Origin: Lama guanicoe
Lineage: Eukaryota
Length of the DNA stretch: 64,000 nucleotides
Assembly (NCBI GenBank): GCA_013239625.1
Contig: MU053487.1
Span: 1,073,058 to 1,137,057 of the forward strand
Reading direction: 5' to 3'
The notes beneath the pieces were generated by a model. The model worked only from the letters and a program-made list of their open reading frames with translations. It had not been told where the DNA came from and searched no databases. Position numbers and translations under genes: made by a program. Positions 50,867-63,180 of the stretch are shown in pieces. Position 1 is the first letter of the stretch. Each line of letters starts with the position of its first letter.

Positions 50867-50974
50867 TCTTGGTAATGCAGGAAATAAACTCCTTTATTAC
50901 CAAGAAATCTAACACTTCTCCTATTTTTTAATAGGAAGAGATGCTAGATTTCTTGGTAATGAAAGAGAATTCCT
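50867..50974. repeat. Long inverted repeat (~37-bp arms, 4-nt loop) plus an upstream partial third arm
   Basis: 50889-50925 is the near reverse complement of 50930-50967, with perfect 16-bp core attaccaagaaatcta / tagatttcttggtaat. Confidence 0.95.
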
Positions 50975-51375
50975 AGATTAGGTTCTAAATGAGGCAAAAT
51001 GGGTTAAATGTCCATTCTTCTGCTGCTTTATTAGCGCTTTTCTCTTTTAAGACTCAGCACCACCAATATTGCCTGTTGTAGGCCTGCATTGTGAGCGCTG
51101 TCTCCTGAAACATGAAGCCTGTGTTTTAGCAAAGGAAACTGCATCTGTGGTCCTGCAAGTGACCCACGTCTTCTTTATCTTCAGCATGGGTTCAGATGCT
51201 TTATCATTATTTCTGAGTAGTCCCTGTAATCAAATCATGGACTATAAAGTTAAAACATGTTATTTAATACCTGAGGTATAAATGGGAGCCAATGTATCTT
51301 TTTCTTTCTCTCTTAGGAATCATAATCACTATTCAGCCTTTCACTATATATTAATGCCCTTAGAAGTCCACAATC

Positions 51376-51509
51376 AGGAGGAGGGTATAGCTCAGTGGTA
51401 GAGTGTGTGCTTAGCATACACAAGGTCCTGGGCTCAACCCCCAGTACCTCTATTAAAATAAGTAAATATATACACTTAATTACACCCCCCCAAATAAAAA
51501 CAAACAAAA
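51376..51509 (+). mobile_element. tRNA-derived SINE, camelid Vic-1 type
   Basis: gagggtatagctcagtggtagagtgtgtgcttagcatacacaaggtcctgggctcaacccccagtacctc; A box 51388-51398, degenerate B box ~51431-51441, A-rich tail, 14-bp TSD agaagtccaca(a/g)tc at 51362-51375 and 51510-51523. Confidence 0.92.
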
Positions 51510-52659
51510 AGAAGTCCACAGTCCACAGTAATAGAAGTAAATATTCATTTACCCACATTATACTACTAAATAATCAGTGTTAACTATACTACATAAGAAG
51601 AAGATGTAAGAATTAAAACTGTTGAGATAAAGTCGGACTCACCATAACTAGGATTCTCATCTACTTAGGAGAATGAGGAAATGCAACCTTCAATATCGTT
51701 GAATCATTCATCTCTAATAGGATATTTTGTTTAGCAGAAAACTTCGTTATAGCAAGAACCATGTTTTTAAACGAAAGAAATCCTTCTATTATGGAAAAAA
51801 ATGACACTACTTTAAAACAAATTAGATTTTTTTAAGTTTGAAAAAGTAACGCTGCTTGCACTGGTGACGGGCTTATAGGCCAGCAGGCATTAGCTCAATG
51901 GTTCATGTATAATAGCAAGCCAAGAGACTTAGCTGCAAAGTGAAAGTGGAGCTCTCATTATAAGAAGGAACTTACTGTTGTTGAAGATCTGTTCCACTAG
52001 AGTTACTATTTGGCCCAAGAGAAGCCATTTTTCAGAGGGATGCCAGTAGTAATTGTGATTTTCCCGAAGTAGTAACATTGTATATAAATGACCGTATCTC
52101 ATTCCCGCTATGAAACTGCCATATTAAAAATATTTCAGTTTGAGAACTGTGGGACTCATCTACTTCAGCAGTCAAAGGAGACTTGTATTAGACTTGGCTG
52201 ACATTTTTCCCCCAGGTCTCTAGAAATTTAGATCTGTTGGAGAAGATTTGCATATTTCCTCATGGAGATGACTGAAACCTGACAAAGGAGAGGCAGACTT
52301 AGCAAAACAAACATTGCAGCGTTCTGGGTGGGAAGGAAAAGACTTTAGTGAACAGGAATGTGCAAGTTAACATCTGGGGGTGCGGCAGTCCTGGCTGTGC
52401 TGAGATGGTGAGTCGAGCATGAGGGAAGTCTAGAGAAAGAAGACAAGGAGCAGCCAGGTCAGCCGACATAAGGGAAGCTGCAGGTGGGTCCACAGGATGT
52501 CAGTGTGGAGCGTCATATTCAAGGACTGGAGGGTGGGGCACTGGGTTTAATATCAGGCTTTATTGTGGGTGGTTTGTGGGTAGCAACCTTATAAATCCTT
52601 TATTTCTATAATTTGTAATCTGCTCTTATACTAGATTTGATGTGTTTTTGTTCCTAAGA

Positions 52660-53455
52660 GCCAGATTGTTATTCCCAATAAATTTGTCTTCTTCCAGTCT
52701 TGTCCATCTCATTGGATAAATCCACCCAATTCCAAAAAAGAAACCTGGAAATCATTCCTAATTTCTTTCTTCGGTTCCCTTTTATAGGCCATCAATACCC
52801 AAATCAAGTAAATCTCATTTCTTAAAGGTGTTTTAAATCCATGAATTTCTTACCTTCTTCTTTGCTACCACCCTAATCTATATCCTGTTATCTCTTAACA
52901 GGACTTCTGTAACTACCTCTTCACATTTATTGTTTTCTATGAAACACTCTGTAGATAGCATTTCCTCTGCACACAGCAGCCAGAGAAGTGTTTGAAGAAT
53001 GCAAATCTAATCCCGTCAGCTCCCTCCCTTTAATTGTTTCCCATTTTCTTTACAGTGTTTTCTAACACTCTTAGCTACATGACCTTTTCCTTTCTGTCTG
53101 GTGCCTCTTCTGGAACATTCCCTTTTCTATGCAATCCTTTCAGCGACCCTAATTTATACACACCCTTCTGGCCTCAAATTAAATGCCTCACCCATAGGGA
53201 AAGTTTGCCCTGATGTCACTCAAACTAGGTGAGAACTGGCTCTTATATTCTTATAACGCCCTGCCCATAGCATGCATCACAGTGTAATTAATTGTGCTGA
53301 TTACTTGTGTAATAATTGGGTTAGTACTTGTCTTGCTCTTAGACTGTGAAATCCACAACGGCAGGGTCTGTGCAATGTTGAATTCCTCAGTACCTACAAC
53401 TGTGCTGCACCCTTGGCAGACTTTTGTAATTAAATGAGTAAATCAACGAATGTTT
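52660..53455 (+). mobile_element. L2 3' region
   Basis: agaaacctggaaatcattc, acacagcagccagagaagtgtttgaagaatgcaaatctaatc, ttagactgtgaaatccacaacggcaggg. Confidence 0.85.
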
Positions 53456-54199
53456 GGCTAAAGAGTTCATACCAACAAATCTCTTTGTGATCTTGAAATT
53501 ATTTTATTCAACAAGAGTTGCTTTGACAAGGATTCAAGATTAATCTGATTTATATTTTTAAATTTTCCTTCAGTCATTCTCTTCTGCTGGATTTCTTAAC
53601 TTCTTAGGATGAAATCATGTATAGTTTCATGTCCTAAATAGCCTCTTGACTCTTAGTAAAACTGAAGGTTCATGTGTTAGTCAGTATGTGTGTGTGAATG
53701 CCAAGGGTGGTTTTGCTGGATTTTCCCAGGGTTTTGTCTCTGGATATGAAGACATTTTAGAAGGGAAAGGCTGGGGGAATATATCTTCAAAGGCAGCAAC
53801 TTTCCGGATGTTAAAGGACTTGCTCAAAGCCATAAAAGACAGTTGGTTATATGCAAGGTTTCCTACTCAAAGCCCAGTAATTTTTCCTCTGTGGCAGCCT
53901 CCTGACTATTGGTACCGTCATATAAAATGTGGCCACGCACGTGCATTGTAGATGAATGGGCTACTAATTCCTTAAGCCAAACTGGTGCCAGTTTTAGCAA
54001 CCATGGTGCAGTGTAAACTGTTTTGGCAAATTGGTCTGTTAAAATGGAAAAGATCATGGGCTTAAAGTCCAGAACAAATTGGGCTCACATCCTGTATGGC
54101 CGTATTCCTTTGTGTTGTATTTCTCTGTTTGGGGAACTCAGGTACAAGGGGTGTTTCTCATTTCCCGTAGTTCATAGCACATTATTATTATTTGGCTAG

Positions 54200-55955
54200 T
54201 CAAGTTTCCTCTCTTATTTTACTTTATTTACTATTTCCCTTTATTCCTGGTCCCCATTCTCATTAGGGCATCAACTCTGATGTGTTTGCCATGTGTCTAT
54301 AAACATGCATGCATGCCTTGAGTAAGAAGAGTATTGTTTTCTGTTTGTTTCAAAAGTATGTATTGATATTGTGCTATACTTTTCTTTATAAAAACTTCAG
54401 CTATACTTGAGATCTATTCATCCTACCTTTTGTCTATTCTTAATTTGTAACTACCTTTTTTCTGTAACATAACTCTACCCCATTTTATTTTTCCATTCCT
54501 TAACTGATGGCAACTAGGTGTTCTGCTATGAAAAATTAACACTGTTATATTAAACATTCATCTAAACACATCCTAATGGATCTCAGACTATTTAGAATGT
54601 ATATCCAGGTGAGTGATATCTGGATGAGAACATATACATAGTTAAAGTCATGTGATTCTTCCAGAATTATTTTCAGAATAGCTATGTTAGTCCACATTCC
54701 TGCCAACAGTACAGGGAAGTTCTTGTTCATACCTTTGCCAGGTCTGAATGTATCTATCTTTTCAATCTTCCATAAACTCACAGGTTTAATATTGTATCTA
54801 TTTTTTCTCATTTTTATTGAGGTATAATTTGCCTACAATATAAAGTGCAGATTTCAGATGTGCAGTTCAAAGTGTTGGACAAATGAATAAACCTGTATAA
54901 CCATCAGCCCAATCAAGACATCTAGCATTTCCATCACTGCAAAACTTTTTCTTGATTTCCTCTCTTATTTGTGTTCCTATGTGACTTTTCATGGTTTTTA
55001 ATGAGTTTCTGTATATTTTCACATGTCATAATATTTCTTGATGGTTACATTTTCTATGTTAAGTAATATCATATTTCCTATCTTGTTTTCTGGATGAGTT
55101 TTGTTGGAGTAGAGAATATTTATTCTAAGTTGATTACATCTGGCAATAATAATGAACTCTTCTATTAATTTTGATACTGTGTTTATTCCATTGAATTTTT
55201 TATGTGGGAGATCAAATCAGCAGCTAATGATGAGAGTTTTGTTCCTTTTCAAATTTGATGCTTCTGCCAAGTTTTTAGATTTGTAGCACTGACTCAGACA
55301 TCTAATGCTGTGTTAAACAGCAGCAGTGTGTAAGGTCACTCTTGTCTTGTTACCTTAAATGAGAATGTATCCAAAATTTCCCTACTAGGTATTTTGCTAG
55401 ATGTAGGATAGGGTTTTTAATCCCTATTAAGTTAAAGATGTTCATTTATATTACTAGCTCTCTGATAGTTTGTTTATATATCATAAATGGATGTTAGACT
55501 TTATCAATTGACTTTCAGTCATGGAACCATCTTTGTAAACCTGAGCTAAGTCTGCTTGACTGCGATGTATTTTGTGTTTAATCCACCATTAGATTTAGTT
55601 AACTAATACCTATTTAGGATTTTATGCTTATGATCACAGGTAAATAAAATAGATATATATGACATATATAAATATATATGAAATGTATTATAAGTACTCT
55701 TCTTATAGGATTATTTTGGTTTGGGTGAATTTCTCTACTGCTTTGTTTGATCTGTATTTTACCAATCTCTCTCTCTTAGTTTTCTTATCCTTCCAATTCT
55801 CTTTTTAATTTGGTTTCATCAGTTTTCCAACTTCTTGAGTTGAATGCTTAGCTTATTGGCTTTCAGTGTTCCTTGGATTTTGATAAACCTACTCACAGCT
55901 ATGTGTTTCTCTTTGAGTATCATTTTAGCAGTGTCCCATAGCATTTAAATGAGTG
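54200..55955 (-). mobile_element. Old L1ME-like fragments, with a nested L1 3' end at ~54805-54960
   Basis: tttttattgaggtataattt, cactcttgtcttgttacctt, tcataaatggatgttagactttatcaa, tttccaacttcttgagttgaatgctta. Confidence 0.8.
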
Positions 55956-56049
55956 CTGAGCACAATGGAAAATTAAGCTTGTGTTCTGTTGTACATTGTG
56001 TCCCGAGCAGCCACTGGCTGTACAATTTTGGTCAAATAAAATTCTGATG

Positions 56050-56197
56050 AATTTTGACAATGTCTGGAGACATTTTTGTGTGTCATGATCTGGGATGTGT
56101 CACTGCTATCTACAGGGATGCTGTTAAATATCTTACAATGCTTTAGACAAGCCTCATAACAAAGTATGTCAGTAGTTCTGTGGTTGAGAAACCCTTA
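56050..56197. mobile_element. MER20-like hAT-Charlie element
   Basis: ttgacaatgtctggagacattttt...cagggatgctgttaaatatcttacaatgc...gtggttgagaaaccct. Confidence 0.85.
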
Positions 56198-56204
56198 CCT
56201 AAAA

Positions 56205-56392
56205 TATGAATACAGTCTTATGTAACATGCAATGTTGTTTGGAATATACACTATCACTTACTTGCACTGTGATCTTGCCAAACTTATTTTTCCTTTCTAA
56301 ATCTAACTTTCCTCAGAGTGGTACTCTGAAGGATGACAAATAATGTAAAACAACTGGTGCAGAATGAGTGTTCAGTAAAAGGTGCCTATTAG
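56205..56392 (+). mobile_element. MIR SINE
   Basis: ctatcacttacttgcactgtgatcttgccaaacttattt ... gagtgttcagtaaaaggtgcctattag. Confidence 0.6.
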
Positions 56393-56563
56393 TGCTTTGC
56401 TCTTGAGTTTTGTAAGTAGAGTTTAGGAAAAAGGTGAACAAAAAATGTGTCTGCATCTTCCACAGTCATGCTGCAAAACACACTGCCTGTCCGTTGTGTA
56501 ACTCTGTGCCTCTAGTTATGTAAGATTTCACACAATGCATCTTTTTACTGAAAACTGAAGAAT

Positions 56564-56602
56564 TTCAAGTTTTATATATATATTTATATATATATTCAAG
56601 TT

Positions 56603-56635
<33 letters not shown>
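56564..56635. repeat. (TA)n/(CA)n microsatellite with duplicated flank
   Basis: ttcaagtttta followed by (TA)n occurs at 56564 and again at 56595. Confidence 0.95.
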
Positions 56636-56748
56636 TTTAATGTAGTCGTTTTTTCATTATGCTATAGAGATTCATAGCTCTTGGATTTTTACATTGGTTT
56701 CAGCATATTGACTACTTTATTGTGATTTATCTGATTAAGTTTTAAGCC

Positions 56749-56867
56749 TTTTTTATTGAGTTACAGTCATTTTACAATGTTGTGTCAAATTCCAGTGTAG
56801 AGTACAATGTTTCAGTTATACATGTACATACGTATATTCATTGTCACTTGTTTATTTCACTGTGAGG
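56749..56867 (-). mobile_element. Short young L1 3' end with target-site duplication
   Basis: ttttttattgagttacagtcattttacaatgttgtgtcaaattccagtgtagag; tatctgattaa flanks it at 56728-56738 and 56870-56880. Confidence 0.85.
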
Positions 56868-56959
56868 TATATCTGATTAATTTAATGTCTTCTCTTCTTT
56901 ACTAAAATATGTGGATACAAGTGGCTTATTCATCTTTACCTCCCATGTAAGGAAACAGT

Positions 56960-58340
56960 TAATGTTGCAGGGAAGAGGTCAGGATGATATTCATGGACTG
57001 AGGAATGGACAGATTTGGAAGAAGCAGAGTTCTTGTGCAGGGAAGTAATGGAATATAACATTGGCAAGGTCCGATGTGGACACATTACATAGGGACATGA
57101 ATGTCAAGCAGACTAAGGAGTTTGAAATGTACTTGATTGGTTAATAAAATAATAATGAGTCTGAGCAAGAGATTGACATGGTAAAAGTAGACATTTGGAA
57201 AGATCAAAGAGATTACAGTGTGCAGGATAGAGAGATAGGGGAATAAACCGAAAAAAGGAGGACAAATCAGAGGGTTAATTTTCTAAGTCCCACATGAAGT
57301 CAACAGTGTCAATCACAGAGAAGGTTGTCAATTCAGGGGAGACTCATAGCAAAGGAAGAAGTAATAGAACTAGGTGATTGATTACTTATGGCAAAGGGAG
57401 AAAAGCCTCATACACGACTCTGAGGTTTTACTCCTGGTAACAGTGGTGCTGATGACAGAAATATGGAATCGAAGGGACGAAGCCAATTTTGGTGTAGTAG
57501 ATAAAAAATGAGCACCCATGAATTGAACTAATGTGGTTCTAGTGCCGCTATTTCAGGCACTGGGATAGCTAGTTTACATAACGTACTTCTCTTAAAGAGA
57601 TATTTGAATTTTAGAATTTCTGAATTCCAAGTATTGGAAGGTCATTTACATGGAAATTTATAGAAGGTAAATAGAAATGCGGTATGAACCCTGGGTATGG
57701 GACAGAGTCACACAGTATAGAAGTGATAATTAAAGACTTGGGCATAGATAAGATTTTCCAGGTGGAAAGTAGAGAGAAAGCACCACCAAAATTATATGGA
57801 ACATTGGGAAAATCCATGATTGAAAGAGGACATGGAAGGAGCACACTACCTACAATTTGCTGATTCTTACTGTGCAACAACCACTGAGCTGTCACCTCAG
57901 ATATTACCACACTTACTGTGCCTGGCACAGAACAAGCAGAAAATAACTATCTCTTTTAATGAAGAATTTCTGTGATAACAGTATCATGAAGTAGGTATTA
58001 TTTTTTTTTGCCATTTTAGAGATTGAGGAACAAATCTAAGGATGTTTAAGTAACGTCTTCATCATCACATAACTAGTAACTAGTTTTTTTAGCATTTGAA
58101 GGTAGGTGTGTGTGATTTCAAAATATATGGTTTTTCTGTTATGCCACATTGTCATTTTGCATAATGCTATTCCAAGAAAAAATAAAGTTTTAACAAGGAG
58201 AGGATGATTAAATATGTAAAGTATTAGAGGTGGGGAAAAAAAGAAGAGAAGTAAAAGCTAGAGACTTGGTGACTAATTGCTGGTTCCTTTAACTGTAGTA
58301 TCATCAGTCTGGAGGTAACCAAACAATGGCAGAGTCAAGA
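56960..58340 (-). mobile_element. L2 fragments interrupted by a MIR (~57860-58150)
   Basis: ctaaggagtttgaaatgtactt, acttgggcatagataagatt; MIR gtaggtattattttttttgccattttagagattgagg. Confidence 0.75.
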
Positions 58341-58379
58341 TCAGTAGGAGAACTCAGAATCCAGGACTTGGATGAACGC

Positions 58380-59375
58380 CATATATGTCACTATCATCTC
58401 AAAGTTTCCCGTACCCCTTTCTGAGTTCCATCTTCTTGCTAAAATATATCCTTCAATAGATTTTTTTCACTATAAGTCTGTGGATGGAAGAATTTTTCTA
58501 TCTTTGTTTTACAATGTCTTTATTTTGCACTTGAACAATAGTTTAGCTGAATGTAAAATTCTTGGTTAAGAGTTACCTTCCCTGACAGGCACTATTGCTG
58601 GGGCATGGTCTGCCTTCACTTCAGTTACTGCTTATTTTCTTTTAACCTGTCCCTTCTCTCTTTCAATGTTAAGATTTTCTCTGTAATGTGATATCATACA
58701 ATTTCACTAAGATGTTTTTGAATGTGGATTTGTTTTTATTTATTCTAATCTATATTCATATAGCACTTCTTATTTAAGAATACAGATGTATATCCTCAAC
58801 TTTTTTGCCTTCTCTTCCTTTTTCTGTTCCTTTAGAATTGGAGTTGCATATAGCCCGGAGATTCCTAGTTTATCTTGTCACATCTCTTAACTCCACTTTC
58901 ATTTTTTTTTTGTTGCAGTACAGTCAATTACAATGTGTCAGTTTCTGGTGTACAATGTCATGCGTATACATACATATATTCACGCTTTCATGCTTTTTAA
59001 TCTCTTAGTTTTCTTGTGATACTTTTGTTTGTATTTCTCAGTTCTGTCTCTCATTATGATAAATAGTTTTTTAATTGATTCCTGGCAAGACATTTTCTAT
59101 ATTGGGGATTTTAAAGTTTTCCAAAATGATATGTGTCACATTTGACCTTTTAATTAATTCCTTTTCATTCATATGTACTTTTAAATTTTATCTTCCAGTG
59201 GAAGCTATTTATTCACTTTTCTTTAAGTGCTCGGGATACACTTACATTAAAGAGATTTCAATGAATATAAATTCATCCAGAGTGAATTTATGTTTAGATT
59301 GTTAGTATTTTACTTTTTTAGCATTATTTATGTTTATGTGTTTTGGAAATTTTAGTTTGCAGGCACTTCTTAAGA
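58380..59375 (-). mobile_element. Old L1ME/HAL1-like fragment carrying a short young L1 3' end at ~58902-58990
   Basis: aatgtctttattttgcacttgaacaatagtttagctgaatgtaaaattcttgg; inner gtacagtcaattacaatgtgtcagtttctggtgtaca. Confidence 0.7.
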
Positions 59376-59394
59376 GTCATATATAAAACCTGAG

Positions 59395-60100
59395 GAGAAT
59401 TTTTTTTTGGCTCTTGACAAAATTATAGTAAAAATAATGTGAAAGAACAAAGAGCAAATCAGTCATTTTTATATTCTGAACTAAAAAACGTGCAAAGATA
59501 CAACTTATTTCTATTAGATATTAAGAAATGCTCTAATTGTATATTAACTAGCAGTGTGATATTTGCATAAATGGGCAAACAGAACAGAGCACCTGGAAAC
59601 AGATCTATTCTTATATTAAAGTTTAATGTATGACAGAGGATACATTATACGGATGGACCATCCCATAAATGGTGGGAGAACACTGACTATCTCTATAGTC
59701 CGTACATACATTCTCATCTTACGCCAGACACCAAAATTAATCCAGCTAAATAAAGATTTAATTGTTTGACAAAACTGCAGGAAAGTACTGTTGTAATGCT
59801 GAGATAGGAAAGGTTTTCTTAGCAGGACACACACATATTACCACCATGAAGGAAAAGATTGATGTATCTTATTACCTTAAATTTGTCTCAAAGTGACACC
59901 AGAAAATAAAGTTAAGCAGAAATTCACAGACTGTCCAGAAGCTTTGCAGCCCACATAAACAATAGCAGCAACAAAAAAATAGTATCCTTGATTTTAAAAG
60001 AACTTCTAAATTTTAATATGAAAAAGCAAACAGTCTACTCAAAACATGGACATTGGTTATGAATAAAACACAAAAGAACACCTATAAATGTTATGTATTT
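59395..60100 (+). mobile_element. Degenerate L1ME-like ORF2 fragment
   Basis: aatagaacagag-like, cataaatggtgggagaacactg, acaccaaaattaatccag, catgaaggaaaagattgat. Confidence 0.7.
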
Positions 60101-62172
60101 GCAGCAGGAGAGATTCATAAAAGTAGATATTCCTGTGCTATATGTGGAAGTTTCCAACATAGAATCAACAGAGAAATAAGTGGTAGAAATGGCTCCTCTC
60201 AGTGGAGTTGCATGAATCCCTAAGACCCAAAGGAGATAAAGGCTGAAGAGAGCAACGTTGGAAACGGCACATGGCAAATGACATTTTCTTTCTTGTCCTT
60301 GGGTCTCTGAGGGGATTGCCTTGGAAACATGAAAAAAAAAATTCAACCAAAGGCTAAAATTACTTTGAAGTTATGCTGAAGCTGGAGAAAAACAGGAGCG
60401 AGTTCACGGGGTGTGAGGGTGCACATATGTGGTGGTTGCTCTGGAGCCTCTGACGACCATCAGACAGCAGGTCCAGGTTTGTTGCTGGGGCGTGATGCTG
60501 TGAATGGGAGATGAGGAAGCGTAGCTGATGACAATGTAGAAGGGTCGATAAGGATGGACATTAGGGATTAGTAAGTGTGGACATTAGAGGTAGATCAGTT
60601 TCCAGGGGGCATAGATAGGCCACTATTGTAAATCTCTATATTTAGTAAAAAGACAGGAATTGTTCAGATGCCCCACTTCAAAACATAAGACAATCTGCAT
60701 GAAAAAAGAGCATCACAGAACTATGTCAGGGCATTTCTCCCAGATGGGCTTTAAGTTCGAAGGCAATAGACTTTGCACAATGGGAAGCATTGAACTTTGT
60801 AAAAAAAAAATGAAATACTATGTGAATCTGCCTTTTTTTCCCCCTTCTTCTTTGACATGCTTTTCTCCTGGGACCTACTGAGGATCTGCTGTGGCTGATG
60901 ACACTAATGTGTGTCCCAGTCAGCATTTGTAAAGTAGGTTTTGAGGAGTGTAATCAGGTATCTTGTCATGTAGGTGGGGGAGGAGGTGGCTGATGGGAAA
61001 GCTGGTTTTTAAAAAATGCTTGAGAAAATGTAATAGACAAGAATGTTTTCTTTGACAATGGACATGGGCATTTAGACAGTTTTAAAATATCTTCAGTAAA
61101 GAGGCTTCTGTATTTCAGGATGACTCTGCATTTCAGTTATTTTTTTCCCACGGAAGAATTTAAGGAATGTGAGCACTCTGTTGGACATTTTGGGGAAACA
61201 CTGGTCTAGATGATAATGAATGTTCTGGAAACACTATTCAGGCTCACGAAGTGCCTCTTATATTTGTAAAAAGTCTGTGTTTAGCATGTTAGGTCCTGGA
61301 ATAATCTCATTTTCTCTGGGTCTTGGTTTACAATATGGATGGATGAACAAGAAACGGTGTAATGATAACTCACTGGATCATTGGGAACATGTGGAATATG
61401 GGAAAGATAGGAATGGGGTAGCCCATATAGGGTAAAGTTAAAGGAGCAGCATCAGTTTCAGATGAAAAAGTCTCCTGTGGTACATTCTGAAGAAGAGGCA
61501 TGTGATTCTGATAAGGAACAAAAGCGGGTTCAGGACTGGCTTAGAGGCGGTGGGTAGAGACAGGTAGAACGGACATAGAGTGCAACGTTGTTCTCTCTAT
61601 TGTAATAACGGGTTGAGTTGATAACAGATGGCCCTTACTGTGTTAAATGTTATAATGGACAATCCATTACATTTTATTTTAAGGGTGTTATGTATAGCTA
61701 TTAGGTATGTGAATAATAACACAAAGAACGTGACTGCATGACATAAATCAAATCTGAAACAGAAAATGAGGTGATTTTTAATTTACTATAGAGTATGACC
61801 ATGCACCAAATTTAATGAAAAGCATGTGCTGATAGACTTTTCAAGTTTTTGGAGTCAGCATCAGAGTGATATTCATGAAGTTACTGAGGACTTGAGCAGT
61901 ATATGTCATTGGTCCCAGGTAGATACACAGGAGCAGGGATAAGGGTGTAAGGATCAATTTGATGAGGATATACTCACTTTTTATGATAACCTACTGATGT
62001 TTCCCCTCCTTCAGACAGCCTCAATCCTGGCTGATCACTGGGAAAAAGAACCCATAAAAATGGATTGTTAGTGACTTGCTCCAAATACCACGAATGCAAA
62101 ATTCTTCCAATCCCTTAGCCTATGCCTAATAGAGGAGACTTGTTGATAAAGATCAAGGCCACAGTTGTTGTT

Positions 62173-62316
62173 GGGCCATGATTCATGGGTGTGGAACCTC
62201 TGGACACTTGGGTTAATGCTCTGTTGTCACCATCTTGAGATTCTTAATCATTTTTGAACAAGGTGCTTTGCATTTTCACTTTGCAGTGGGCCCTGAAAAT
62301 TATGTCACTGGTCCTG
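62173..62316 (+). mobile_element. MER45A-like hAT-Tip100 element
   Basis: ttaatgctctgttgtcaccatcttgagattcttaatcatttttgaacaagg...gggccctgaaaattatgtcactggtcctg. Confidence 0.85.
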
Positions 62317-62480
62317 ACCATGGCATGACAAATTCACACCCCTTTGTACCTAGCAGTGTTAGAAGTTCCTGGGACTTCTTTGAGCCTTCCTTTTTTGCAT
62401 ACTTTTTACTGAAGGCTTTTGAGTTCTTCTATTCTCATGAATTTGGGATGATAATAATAGAAGTCAGGGACCTTCCCTCA

Positions 62481-63180
62481 TGATAGAGAAACCCAATGGG
62501 AAGGGAAGAGAAGCTCAGGAAGAGGGGCAGGGCAGACCAGGATCACAGTCTGTCAGCAAATGAGAACTTATTGCAAGTAATAAGGTGAGACTATGTGGCC
62601 CAGCCAAGTCTTTGAGCATTCATAAGAAAACAGGGATATTAGTCTAAATGTTTAATATCACCAAGTTTTTAGACCCAGATTCCCCAACAGCTCTCCAGCA
62701 GTCTGGACTAGCACAAGTGGGAGCTCTGTTTAACCATACTCCTCCCCAAAGACAGACAATTTGCAGAAGCTTCATATTTTTCAGCAACAAGAGAAATGTT
62801 ACAACATACTTTTATTTATAACTCACTTAAGACGTACCCCAATCAGTGTTTTGCATCCTGACCAATGAGAGTAACACTCTTGGAGGTAAATTATTAGGCA
62901 ATCTTGAGGGAAGAAGGAAAAGAATGTTCTTGAATCTTTCCCCAGAAGTAGAACTATCCTATTCTAATACACATAATTTTAAAAAGCTCCAGTTGCTATC
63001 AATAATAACATTTTATAGGTGAGCACATTTCTCTTCTCTCCCCAGTCTAATAGCTATAGTCCAGAAGTTGGAGCAAGTTTCCCCAAGGGCTAAAACTGTT
63101 AGGATCACCAAACAAGAATGTTCACTGTGAAATGCAGTGAGCTCGAGCAATTTACAGCTTTCATTCTCCCTTTCCATAAA
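62481..63180 (-). mobile_element. Possible old ERV-type solo LTR, family uncertain
   Basis: Begins tgatagagaaaccc with purine-rich U5-like segment and acttattg (degenerate antisense poly(A) signal); right boundary uncertain. Confidence 0.35.

Noticed and set aside
51380..51452. tRNA gene
   Set aside because: Has TSDs, an A-rich tail, a degenerate B box and a SINE-specific 3' extension, so it is a SINE copy.
53646..53951. 101-aa ORF with an internal acceptor-like ttttcccag
   Set aside because: Non-ATG start, no recognisable homology and no good donor. Only a tblastn hit or codon-level conservation would rescue it.
133..62483. The supplied 60-126 aa ORFs as genes
   Set aside because: None resembles a host protein I recognise. 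Many start at non-ATG codons, and several are translations of L1, MLT1, MER45 or SINE sequence. ORFs of this size are expected by chance.
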